Sequence record: SRR31156797_212
DNA: 20,000 nucleotides
Reading direction: 5' to 3' (one strand)
A program made the position numbers and the translations under genes. Positions within the stretch are counted from its first letter, which is position 1. Each line of letters starts with the position of its first letter. Under the pieces are notes generated by a model. The model had not been told where the DNA came from, searched no databases, and saw only the letters and a program-made list of their open reading frames with translations. Positions 1 through 8,354 of this stretch are shown in pieces.

Positions 1-1
1 C

Positions 2-3000
2 ATCTTCAACTACAGCATGAAAACTGACTTCTTCTCCCAAACAGGTTCCAACATCTTCTATTGTTACATCTCCAAAATCAGGAATAATATTCCAGGTAAA
101 TTTATAAGTAAAATTATCTCCCACACAATTTGGTTCAGCTATAAACTCCCAAGTCCCCTCCGTTGAATTATTAATCTCAAAACTATATGGATTCGTTATG
201 GTAATTATTGAGTTATCAGGTTTTTTAGCTCTATATTCCGAAACTGCACCATTATCATTAAAAGTAACAGTCACGGTTGTTGGTGTACAAAATGGTCCAG
301 CTGGATCAGCAGTTATGCTCGTCACCACCATCTTAGGTGTTACTGATAAAGTAGCTGTTGATTCTTTTGAATCACAACCATTAGAAACAGTTACTTTATA
401 AGTTCCTGCATCAGAAAGTGCAATTGGCGATATGACCTTTTGAGCTCCTGAATTGTCTTCATCCTCCTCACCATCTTTTTCCCAAACAAAATTATAATAA
501 GAGTCAGCTTCTGTTACTCCAACTTCAAATGTATGCGTGGTAGCACCTTCACAAAGAGTTACATCATCAATTTCATCGTCTATGGTAACAATAGGAATAA
601 TATCTAAATTCTCAACTGATAATGTCAAATCATCAGGACAAACAAAGTTTTTTCCATCAATAGTATAAACACTACTAACACTAACTGAATAAATCGATGA
701 ACGATCATCCATACTAGCTGGGAAAGTTAATGTCGAACCTTTTTCAGTTAAATCCGTCGTTCCTTCTTTCCAATTGTAGTTTAATGTTCCAGAACCTGTT
801 GCTTCAGCAGTTAATATTACATCTTTATTCTCACAAAGATTATCATTTACTGTCAAATCTGTTAATTCAGGTGCTGATAAAACCGTTAGACTTATTTCAT
901 CAAAAGCTTTACCACAGCCATTTTCAGCTTCACATCTTATAGTATGTGTACCAGAAGCATAATCATCGGTGAAAACAAATGGGTTTTCCAATGATACAGG
1001 AGTATCTCCTCCATCCACATACCATTTTACACCACCAGCATCTCCAGTTACCAAAGCAGTTAAAGTTGCAGTCCTCCCAAAACAAAAGTTTGTATGATTG
1101 GCATCAATTTTAATAGTTGCAGCTTCGTCAACAAATACTGTTAAATCTGCATGTACATCATCTGTAGACGTACCACAATCGGTAAATGCTTCCTTAAATC
1201 CAATAGCACATCTATACTCACCCTCATTTATTTGTTGAGGATTTTCAAAGAACAATTGATGAGTTTTCACTCCTGAAAATTCATCATTATCCACTAAATC
1301 AATATAATTCTCTGTTCCTTCTTCTTTCTTGGACCATGAGTAATCGTACCAGCTTACATCTCCGTTTGATACATCAAGAGAGTTTCTAACGCCTTCGCAA
1401 AAATGAAAAGTTTTATCATTATTACCATAGCTATAATTTGGCACAACACGCGCTACAAAAGTAGCAGTATCCTGCACAGCTTGTACAAAAGTTATACTAT
1501 CAAGAGCAAAAGCAGATTGTATCCCCGATGCGTTATTATTTAATAATTTAATTACCGCATTTTCGGCACCTTTTGGTTTCCATAAAGCAGAAACAGATTG
1601 CCAATCATTGGTTTGTTCTATTTTAAAGTTATCAACAATAACTTCATCATTAACCATCACCTTAAGACTTTGTGCTGTTGTATATTCTTCGTTAACAACA
1701 CTTCTTCCGTGTAGTTTAACTATATAGTTAAAACCATCTACTACATCAACTTTTGTTCCTCGGTATATAGTATCACCAAAATTCTTTGATATAGCCATAA
1801 ACATATAGTCATTATCCATATCACTAAACGTAGGATTTTTAAATGATGGCTCTGCATTTGTTGTTTGTCTAACCAAAGAATATTCGCCTGGATTTCTTAA
1901 GTTCCCAAAAGCCTCATCATAATCAGAATCAACCGTTAATTCGAAAAATGAACCATTATACAACTGATCCATTAAAGGATCTCTATACGAACCAACTACA
2001 TAGTAAGTTGTTTCAACATCTGGTGCTGGAACATTTAGAGGTCCGTTAGGAAAATTTGGTTCTCCTTCAAAATCATTTACATACCACTCATAAAAATCAG
2101 GAGCAGGATCTTTAATAGATACAATTATATTATCATCATAACTTTCACAAATCAAATTTAAATCAACATCTGTATTGATATCTAAATCAGGAATGATTTT
2201 TGAAATTTCTTTAGTAAATCCAGAATAATAACCTGCAGCACCCACAACACCTGATTTTACCAACCAAGCCACATTAATTGCTTTATTACTATAAAAACGA
2301 TAACTACCTTTCAAGTTATCGTCAAGCTTATATATCTCCCACTGTGGGACCCCGGAAATTTTAACAGGTGAACCGGTAATATTACTAATAGGATGTAAGG
2401 CTTCTTCACCATCTCTTGAGTAACTTATTACTGCTCCTGTCTGAGAAAGAATTGTTATAACGCCAGTAACTCCCTGCTTAGAGAGCACCTCAGCATAAGG
2501 TACGGTTACCTCTCGTATACCACTAGTTGATACAGGAGGAATAAAATTCATACCAACAGTTGGTCCTATACTAGAACTACTACCAGAAAGAGTTTGATAA
2601 ACGTAAACATTCTTATCCGTTAAAACATAGGCATTCCCATTTCCATCATAAGGATCATTCAGATCCATATATCCACCTTTTTTGGCTATGGTTCCTTCAT
2701 AAACACCATTTACTTCGACTCTTGTATTATCTTCCGTAGCAACAATTATAGGACGTTCTGTAGTATAATTCCCCTTCCCACGCATGATAATATACTCATT
2801 TCGAACTTGATCAATAGGTACAATTTGGTCTACACCAATATCCTGACCCGATGGACCAGTAGTCCATGAACCACTATTAACAGCTATTGGTTTATTGGAA
2901 GTAATTGATGTACCATTTAAAGCATTTTTATCTGCATTTGAAAAACCAGATAAATTGTGATCAACACCAATAACATAACTATCACCTCTCATCAATGTAG

Positions 3001-3715
3001 TGGTTGTAATCACATCGGTAGGTGACATTACTTTAGAAACTAGAGAGTTTGTTGCAGAATTAAATTCAGTTAATCGAGAAACTTTAATATCTGTAAAATT
3101 AACAACCGTATTATCCTCTGTTGCCATTACCGATATAAAATGACTTCTTCTGCTAGTTGCACTATTTTGATGAGTATAGGTATGTCCAGATAAAAATTCT
3201 GTACCATATGCGTAAGTTCCTTTTGTAGTTAAAGAACTACCCTGATCTCTTGTTGAATGTCGCATATTAACAAAGAATGGTCCATCCGGTGAATAAAATC
3301 TAAGACCATCATCAGTAAGTTTTCTATTCAACTCTTTAGCACCAACAACATTTTCAGGAAAATTATATTTATGCGGGTAAGTAACAACATCACCCTTCTC
3401 AACTCCTACAGGAGTAAGAAATGGGTACGAATATGGACTTGTATTACTAATTGTAACAACATCAATTTCATCATCATATCCTCTATAAATATAAACCCTA
3501 ATATCTTTTACAGAGTTTGTAGATAATATAGCACGATGATAACCAATATCATTATCAGTAGATGATCCATTATAAAATGGCGGAACATAGTGCTCATAGT
3601 CATATTGTGCAAAACCTTTAATTGGAATTACAAACAAACAAAAGACTATTATTAACTTAAAAATTACTTGAAGCTGAGTAGACATTTTACCATTCCCCAT
3701 ATCATTAAGATTCAT
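2..3715 (-). CDS. Giant secreted surface protein, 5' part only (continues past window start): signal peptide, IgGFc-binding N-terminal domain, jelly-roll/CBM-like insert, tandem Ig-like repeats; probable T9SS substrate
   Basis: Hand translation of the minus frame from ATG 3715 (alternative in-frame ATGs at 3700 and 3685) shows no stop down to base 2. It reads MSTQLQVIFKLIIVFCLFVIPIKGFA|QYDYEHYVPP..., then SLTTKG..AYGTEF, FISVMATEDNT, SNKPIAVNSG, GQDIGVDQIVP, IVATEDNT, VYVYQ, MNFIPP and GAAGYYSGF (IgGFc-binding-type domain). Cys-led Ig-like units follow (C at 2147, 1397, 1082, 833, 551, 287, 41) with YxW and G-T/E-Y/H-x-C/V motifs. Confidence 0.9.
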   Translation of the reverse strand, partial: MNLNDMGNGKMSTQLQVIFKLIIVFCLFVIPIKGFAQYDYEHYVPPFYNGSSTDNDIGYHRAILSTNSVKDIRVYIYRGYDDEIDVVTISNTSPYSYPFLTPVGVEKGDVVTYPHKYNFPENVVGAKELNRKLTDDGLRFYSPDGPFFVNMRHSTRDQGSSLTTKGTYAYGTEFLSGHTYTHQNSATSRRSHFISVMATEDNTVVNFTDIKVSRLTEFNSATNSLVSKVMSPTDVITTTTLMRGDSYVIGVDHNLSGFSNADKNALNGTSITSNKPIAVNSGSWTTGPSGQDIGVDQIVPIDQVRNEYIIMRGKGNYTTERPIIVATEDNTRVEVNGVYEGTIAKKGGYMDLNDPYDGNGNAYVLTDKNVYVYQTLSGSSSSIGPTVGMNFIPPVSTSGIREVTVPYAEVLSKQGVTGVITILSQTGAVISYSRDGEEALHPISNITGSPVKISGVPQWEIYKLDDNLKGSYRFYSNKAINVAWLVKSGVVGAAGYYSGFTKEISKIIPDLDINTDVDLNLICESYDDNIIVSIKDPAPDFYEWYVNDFEGEPNFPNGPLNVPAPDVETTYYVVGSYRDPLMDQLYNGSFFELTVDSDYDEAFGNLRNPGEYSLVRQTTNAEPSFKNPTFSDMDNDYMFMAISKNFGDTIYRGTKVDVVDGFNYIVKLHGRSVVNEEYTTAQSLKVMVNDEVIVDNFKIEQTNDWQSVSALWKPKGAENAVIKLLNNNASGIQSAFALDSITFVQAVQDTATFVARVVPNYSYGNNDKTFHFCEGVRNSLDVSNGDVSWYDYSWSKKEEGTENYIDLVDNDEFSGVKTHQLFFENPQQINEGEYRCAIGFKEAFTDCGTSTDDVHADLTVFVDEAATIKIDANHTNFCFGRTATLTALVTGDAGGVKWYVDGGDTPVSLENPFVFTDDYASGTHTIRCEAENGCGKAFDEISLTVLSAPELTDLTVNDNLCENKDVILTAEATGSGTLNYNWKEGTTDLTEKGSTLTFPASMDDRSSIYSVSVSSVYTIDGKNFVCPDDLTLSVENLDIIPIVTIDDEIDDVTLCEGATTHTFEVGVTEADSYYNFVWEKDGEEDEDNSGAQKVISPIALSDAGTYKVTVSNGCDSKESTATLSVTPKMVVTSITADPAGPFCTPTTVTVTFNDNGAVSEYRAKKPDNSIITITNPYSFEINNSTEGTWEFIAEPNCVGDNFTYKFTWNIIPDFGDVTIEDVGTCLGEEVSFHAVVED

Positions 3716-3886
3716 AGTTTCACCAAACAGTTTTATAAAGAGCAGTTTATAACAAATAAAGTATTAAGTCACATGCTCATCTCCCATTAAACATACAAAA
3801 GCCAACCATAGCTTTACCAATGAGTTAGCTGCAAAAATGCTCACACTTATTAAATATCAAATAAGTGCAAGTTAATTTTTGTTCCA

Positions 3887-3894
3887 CAAATATA
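3887..3894 (-). promoter_or_regulatory. Bacteroidota sigma-A -7 box (TATATTTG) for the giant surface-protein gene
   Basis: caaatata on the + strand reads TATATTTG on the minus strand, matching TAnnTTTG, about 170 bp upstream of the ATG. Confidence 0.55.
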
Positions 3895-3982
3895 CCTTTT
3901 AAACTGATTAAAGGTCGTTTTTGTTACACATTCGTATAAATATTTAGTAAAGTTAAGGAAAATTAAACAAACAGCCCAAAAT

Positions 3983-4015
3983 AAAAAAAGCGGTCATTCA
4001 TCAGAATGCCGCTTT
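3983..4015 (-). terminator. Intrinsic terminator after the Xaa-Pro aminopeptidase gene
   Basis: Minus strand AAAGCGG-CATTC-tgat-GAATG-a-CCGC followed by T7, 23 bp after the stop codon. Confidence 0.85.
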
Positions 4016-4038
4016 ATATTATGTAATTATTAAGTTTT

Positions 4039-5424
4039 TTAACTCATTATAGCTTCTACTTCTTCAACACTTACCGGTATTCGTTTACCTATCAATCTGT
4101 TTCCATCTTCGGTTACTAATATATCATCTTCTAAACGGATACCTCCAAAATCACGATATTCATTAACTTTATCGTAATTAATAAACTCTGTGTGTAAATT
4201 TTCTTTTTGGAATTTATCAATTAATGCAGGGATAAAATAGATCCCCGGCTCATTTGTTAAAACGAAACCTGGTTTTAACTCTTTACCTAAACGAAGGTAT
4301 GCAGTTCCAAATTGGTCTATTCTTTGAACTTTGTCATCGTATCCAACCAAATTCTCACCAAAATCTTCCATATCATGAACATCTAATCCCATCATATGTC
4401 CAAGTCCGTGTGGCATAAATAATGCATGGGCTCCAGCTTTCACAGCAGCATCAACATCACCTTTCATCAATCCTAATTCCTTCAAGCCAGAAGCTAATAC
4501 TTTACAAACCTCCAAATGAATACTTTGATAAGTAACTCCAGGACGAATTAACTCATTTCCTCTATTGATACCAGCCAATACAATTTCATAAATTTCTCTT
4601 TGCTTTTGGCTAAACTTACCCCCTACAGGAATAGTTCTTGTATTGTCGGAAGCATAATGAGAATCTGTTTCTGCGCCACAATCGACAAGTAATAAGTCAC
4701 CTGCTTTTAGTAAATTTCCATGTTCATGATTGTGAAGCGTCTCACCTCTCTTTGAAACAATCGCTGGAAATGATAACATTCCACCTGCTCTTAGTGTAAT
4801 TGCTTCAACTTCTCCGGCCACTTCTCTTTCATATACACCATCTTTTGCCATTTTCATAGCAGTTGTATGCATTTCATATCCAATGGCAGCTGCTCTTTCT
4901 AATTCTTTAATTTCGTACTCATCTTTTATTTCACGCAAAGCAACAACTGCCTTAATGAATTCTACAGAAGCATTCTCTTTAATAGCATTAAGAGGAGTAC
5001 CTAACATTTCGTGAATTAAAATCTTATTCTCTGCCCTATATACAGGTAGGAAATGAATCTTACGTCCAGCTTTTACAGCATCTGCAACAAATATTTTTAG
5101 ATCACCAAACGGAGCACAATTCTCCAAACCAAATTCTGCAGCCTGATCTTTTACACTTGGCTGAGGTCCCATCCAAATGATATCATCTATATCAACATCA
5201 TTACCAAAAACGTAATCTTTATTATTATCGATATCAAAAACACCTGCAAAACCAGGATGATCGATACCAAAGAAATAAAGGAAAGTACTATCCTGGCGGT
5301 AGTGATAAATATTGCCTGCATAGTTCATTGGTGCATCAGGATTACCAAGTACAATTGCAATACCGTCCTTCATCGATTCGCGTAACTTTTCGCGTCTGTT
5401 TATATAAACTTCTTTTGGAAACAT
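4039..5424 (-). CDS. pepP: Xaa-Pro aminopeptidase (M24B, aminopeptidase P)
   Basis: 461 aa; AMP_N-type N-terminus (YRQDSTFLYFFG) and M24 metal motifs DCGAE..YASD, HGLGHMMGLDVHD, EPGIY, GIRLEDD. Confidence 0.93.
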   Translation of the reverse strand: MFPKEVYINRREKLRESMKDGIAIVLGNPDAPMNYAGNIYHYRQDSTFLYFFGIDHPGFAGVFDIDNNKDYVFGNDVDIDDIIWMGPQPSVKDQAAEFGLENCAPFGDLKIFVADAVKAGRKIHFLPVYRAENKILIHEMLGTPLNAIKENASVEFIKAVVALREIKDEYEIKELERAAAIGYEMHTTAMKMAKDGVYEREVAGEVEAITLRAGGMLSFPAIVSKRGETLHNHEHGNLLKAGDLLLVDCGAETDSHYASDNTRTIPVGGKFSQKQREIYEIVLAGINRGNELIRPGVTYQSIHLEVCKVLASGLKELGLMKGDVDAAVKAGAHALFMPHGLGHMMGLDVHDMEDFGENLVGYDDKVQRIDQFGTAYLRLGKELKPGFVLTNEPGIYFIPALIDKFQKENLHTEFINYDKVNEYRDFGGIRLEDDILVTEDGNRLIGKRIPVSVEEVEAIMS

Positions 5425-5469
5425 GTTATTGTGTTTTTAAGTATTTAAAATTAAAGATTGGGAAAGATA

Positions 5470-5477
5470 CAAAATTA
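5470..5477 (-). promoter_or_regulatory. Candidate -7 box (TAATTTTG) for pepP
   Basis: Matches TAnnTTTG, 45 bp upstream of the ATG; an adjacent TATCTTTC variant lies at 5462-5469. Confidence 0.45.
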
Positions 5478-5522
5478 GGTAGTAAATGATTTTGATTTTT
5501 TAGCTTTTGTATCGTCAAAAAC

Positions 5523-5550
5523 AAAAAAAGCTCCCTAAAATTAGAAAGCT
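5523..5550 (-). terminator. Intrinsic terminator after the Lrp/AsnC gene
   Basis: Minus strand AGCTTTCTAA-tt-TTAGGGAGC followed by T7; the stem includes G-U pairs that form only on this strand. Confidence 0.75.
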
Positions 5551-5575
5551 CTTATGCTAAAATCATTATTTATAT

Positions 5576-6031
5576 CTACAATTTAATTTCTCGATCTACT
5601 GTTTGATCCAAAGAAATAAAAGTCTCAGTTTTCGATATACCCGGAATATTTTGAAGAGTATTGATTAAAACATCCATTAAATGCTGATTATCTCTGCAAA
5701 GCATTTTCACAAGAAATGTATAATTACCCGTTGTAAAATGACACTCAACAATTTCCTGGATTGCATCGATCTTATCAACTACAGTTTTATATTGTTGCGC
5801 ATGATCTAAAGTAATTCCGACAAAAGCGCAAACTTCATAACCTAAGGCTCTTGGTTTTACTATAAATCGAGATCCATCAATAATTCCTGCATCCTCAAGT
5901 TTTTTCACCCTTTGATGAATTGCAGCTCCTGAAATTCCACATTCTCTTGCAATTTCAAGAAAAGGTATTCGTGCATTTTTAATCAGATATGATAATATTT
6001 TCTGATCTACTTCATCAATTTGAATCTTCAT
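5576..6031 (-). CDS. Lrp/AsnC family transcriptional regulator
   Basis: 151 aa; IDEVDQKIL..NARIPFLEIARECGISGAAIHQRVKKL helix-turn-helix and C-terminal RAM domain (ECHFTTGNYTFLVK..IPGISKTET). Confidence 0.95.
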   Translation of the reverse strand: MKIQIDEVDQKILSYLIKNARIPFLEIARECGISGAAIHQRVKKLEDAGIIDGSRFIVKPRALGYEVCAFVGITLDHAQQYKTVVDKIDAIQEIVECHFTTGNYTFLVKMLCRDNQHLMDVLINTLQNIPGISKTETFISLDQTVDREIKL

Positions 6032-6138
6032 GTATTAATATTTAGAGTCCATCTTTTATTTTTAACAAGAAATCTGCCCGAATGAAGTAAATATCTTTTA
6101 TCGGATCGAAAACCTGTTACAATTCATTACAATAAAGG

Positions 6139-6146
6139 CAAAAATA
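6139..6146 (-). promoter_or_regulatory. -7 box (TATTTTTG) for the Lrp/AsnC gene
   Basis: caaaaata on the + strand reads TATTTTTG followed by C on the minus strand, matching the TAnnTTTG consensus. Confidence 0.55.
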
Positions 6147-6301
6147 CTAATAATTTATAACCACATAAAATATAAACTACTCCAAATACAAATTTAGAAC
6201 GATTAAATTCAAGCACATAAATACATTTCAATTGTTCTGTCATTTTATAAAAAATTAGTAAGCTAATGCTATACAACCGAGGAAACACATGAATAAAAAA
6301 T

Positions 6302-6309
6302 TAAATTTG
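6302..6309 (+). promoter_or_regulatory. -7 box (TAAATTTG) for cobQ
   Basis: TAAATTTGCA, 46 bp upstream of the cobQ ATG. Confidence 0.65.
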
Positions 6310-6355
6310 CATCCAGTTTCAGAACAACTATCAATTGTAGAATAAATTTAATAAG

Positions 6356-7822
6356 ATGAAAAAACTAAAATCAGTAATGTTTGTTGGCACCGGTTCCGAT
6401 GTTGGAAAAAGTATCGTAAATACTGGTTTTTGTCGTATTCTTAAACAAGATGGATATTCTCCTGCGCCTTTTAAAGCTCAAAATATGTCGCTAAATTCAT
6501 ATGCTACACCAGAGGGCTTTGAAATTGGAAGAGCCCAAGCTGTGCAAGCTGAGGCATGTGGAGTCGATTGTCATACGGATATGAATCCTGTTCTATTAAA
6601 ACCTACAAATGATAAAAGTTCGCAAGTTGTTTTGAACGGTAAGCCTGTTGGTACTCAAAGTGCTGTTGAATATTTTACAGGCAACAACAAGAAAGCTTTA
6701 TTCGAAGAGGCTAAAAATGCATTTTATCGATTAAATAAAAGATACAATCCAATTGTTCTAGAAGGAGCTGGTAGTATCTCTGAATTGAATCTTAAATCGA
6801 GAGATATTACAAACATGAGAATGGCAACCGAAGTTGATGCAGTTACCTATTTAATTGCTGATATTGATAAAGGTGGAGTTTTTGCAAGCACTTATGGCAG
6901 TATAGCTCTATTAGATGAAAAAGAAAAAAAACAGATTAAAGGTATTCTGATAAACAAATTCAGAGGAGATATTAAATTATTCGAAGAAGGGAAAAAAATA
7001 ATTGAAGATTTAACTGGAAAACCTGTTATTGGCGTACTTCCTTACTTTAGAGATATTCATATAGAAGAAGAAGATTCGGTTAGTCTTGAGAATAAGTCAT
7101 CTTCATCATTAGATGGCAAAATTAATTGTGCAGTAATTCTATTACCACGCATGGCGAATTTTACAGATTTCAATGTACTTGAACATGATCCTAGAGTAAA
7201 TTTATTTTATACCAATAATATCAAAGAAATTGAAAGTGCCGATATTGTAATAATTCCTGGCAGTAAAAACACAATATCTGATTTAAATGAAATCAAGAAA
7301 AATGGTGTTGCTCAGGCTATAATTCGTGCACATAAAAATGGTAAAAAAGTAATCGGCATTTGTGGTGGATATCAAATGATGGGGCAGTCAATTAGTGATC
7401 CTGATGGAATTGAAGGGAATATGTCTGAAATTTCTGGTTTAGGTCTACTACCCGTTAAAACAACCATTACCGATGAAAAACTAACTGAACAGTGTACCTT
7501 CAAATTTAAAAACCACAATGATGATTGCGTAGGGTATGAAATTCATATGGGGCAAACTGTGGCAAATGAAAATTCTTTAAATTCCTTATCAAATGGCAAA
7601 CAGGATGGTTATCTTTTGAATGAAAATTGCTGGGGAAGTTATATTCATGGGATACTAGACAATTCGGTTGTAATAAACGATCTACTATCTGGCTTTGATA
7701 TTGATTCTGATAGAAATTTTAATTATGACGAATTTAAAGAGGAACAATACGATAAATTAGCTAACGTAATTCGCAATAGTGTAGATATGGAATTATTCTA
7801 CAAACATTTATCCGGAGAGTAG
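6356..7822 (+). CDS. cobQ: Cobyric acid synthase (CobQ/CbiP)
   Basis: 488 aa; GTGSDVGKS P-loop, APFKAQNMSLNS, EIGRAQAVQAEA, MNPVLLKP, EGAGS, NKFRGD; glutaminase domain with NFTDF, GICGGYQM, GYEIHMG and YIHG. Confidence 0.97.
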   Translation: MKKLKSVMFVGTGSDVGKSIVNTGFCRILKQDGYSPAPFKAQNMSLNSYATPEGFEIGRAQAVQAEACGVDCHTDMNPVLLKPTNDKSSQVVLNGKPVGTQSAVEYFTGNNKKALFEEAKNAFYRLNKRYNPIVLEGAGSISELNLKSRDITNMRMATEVDAVTYLIADIDKGGVFASTYGSIALLDEKEKKQIKGILINKFRGDIKLFEEGKKIIEDLTGKPVIGVLPYFRDIHIEEEDSVSLENKSSSSLDGKINCAVILLPRMANFTDFNVLEHDPRVNLFYTNNIKEIESADIVIIPGSKNTISDLNEIKKNGVAQAIIRAHKNGKKVIGICGGYQMMGQSISDPDGIEGNMSEISGLGLLPVKTTITDEKLTEQCTFKFKNHNDDCVGYEIHMGQTVANENSLNSLSNGKQDGYLLNENCWGSYIHGILDNSVVINDLLSGFDIDSDRNFNYDEFKEEQYDKLANVIRNSVDMELFYKHLSGE

Positions 7823-7826
7823 ATTG

Positions 7827-8354
7827 ATGAGTAAGGAGAATAGGTATATTATAACAGGTGGTCCCGGGTCCGGAAAATCGAGTCTTTTAAATGCATTAAA
7901 ACAAGAAGGCTATAATGGTTTTGAAGAAATTTCACGAGTTGTAATCAGAGAACAACATGAAATAAATGGTGACAAATTACCATGGAAAAACCTTAAAGAT
8001 TTTGCCGAAATCTGCTTTGAAAGAATGAATCTTCAATTGAACGAATGCAATTCTTCTACACCCTGTTTTTACGATAGAGGACTGCCTGATATTATTGCCT
8101 ACATGCGAAGAGGTGGTTTGCATGTTCCTAAAAAATTCTTTTCGAAATGCCAAGAGTACAATACGATCGTATTTATTGCTCCTCCCTGGAAAGATATATA
8201 TATCAATGATGATGAAAGACCTGAATCATTTCAGGATTCAATGGAAATTTATCAATTCCTAAAAGAGACTTATACCGAACTTGAATTTGAGGTTATTGAA
8301 CTACCATTTATCTCAATATCTGAAAGAGTAAAATTTATACAATCTTATATTTAG
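7827..8354 (+). CDS. AAA_28 / NadR-Ttd14-type P-loop ATPase (nucleotide-kinase fold)
   Basis: YIITGGPGSGKSSLL Walker A, FYDRGLPD, PPWKDIYINDDERPE. ATG 7827 is preferred over TTG 7824 and lies 4 bp after the cobQ stop. Confidence 0.88.
   Translation: MSKENRYIITGGPGSGKSSLLNALKQEGYNGFEEISRVVIREQHEINGDKLPWKNLKDFAEICFERMNLQLNECNSSTPCFYDRGLPDIIAYMRRGGLHVPKKFFSKCQEYNTIVFIAPPWKDIYINDDERPESFQDSMEIYQFLKETYTELEFEVIELPFISISERVKFIQSYI

Noticed and set aside
198-942. + strand ORFs 198-401 and 730-942
   Set aside because: Antisense shadows of the giant minus-strand gene, with no recognisable motifs.
6032-6355. Cobalamin riboswitch upstream of cobQ
   Set aside because: No B12-box or AGGGAA/GCCACTG core is visible, the region is very AT-rich, and the -7 box leaves a leader of only about 40 nt.
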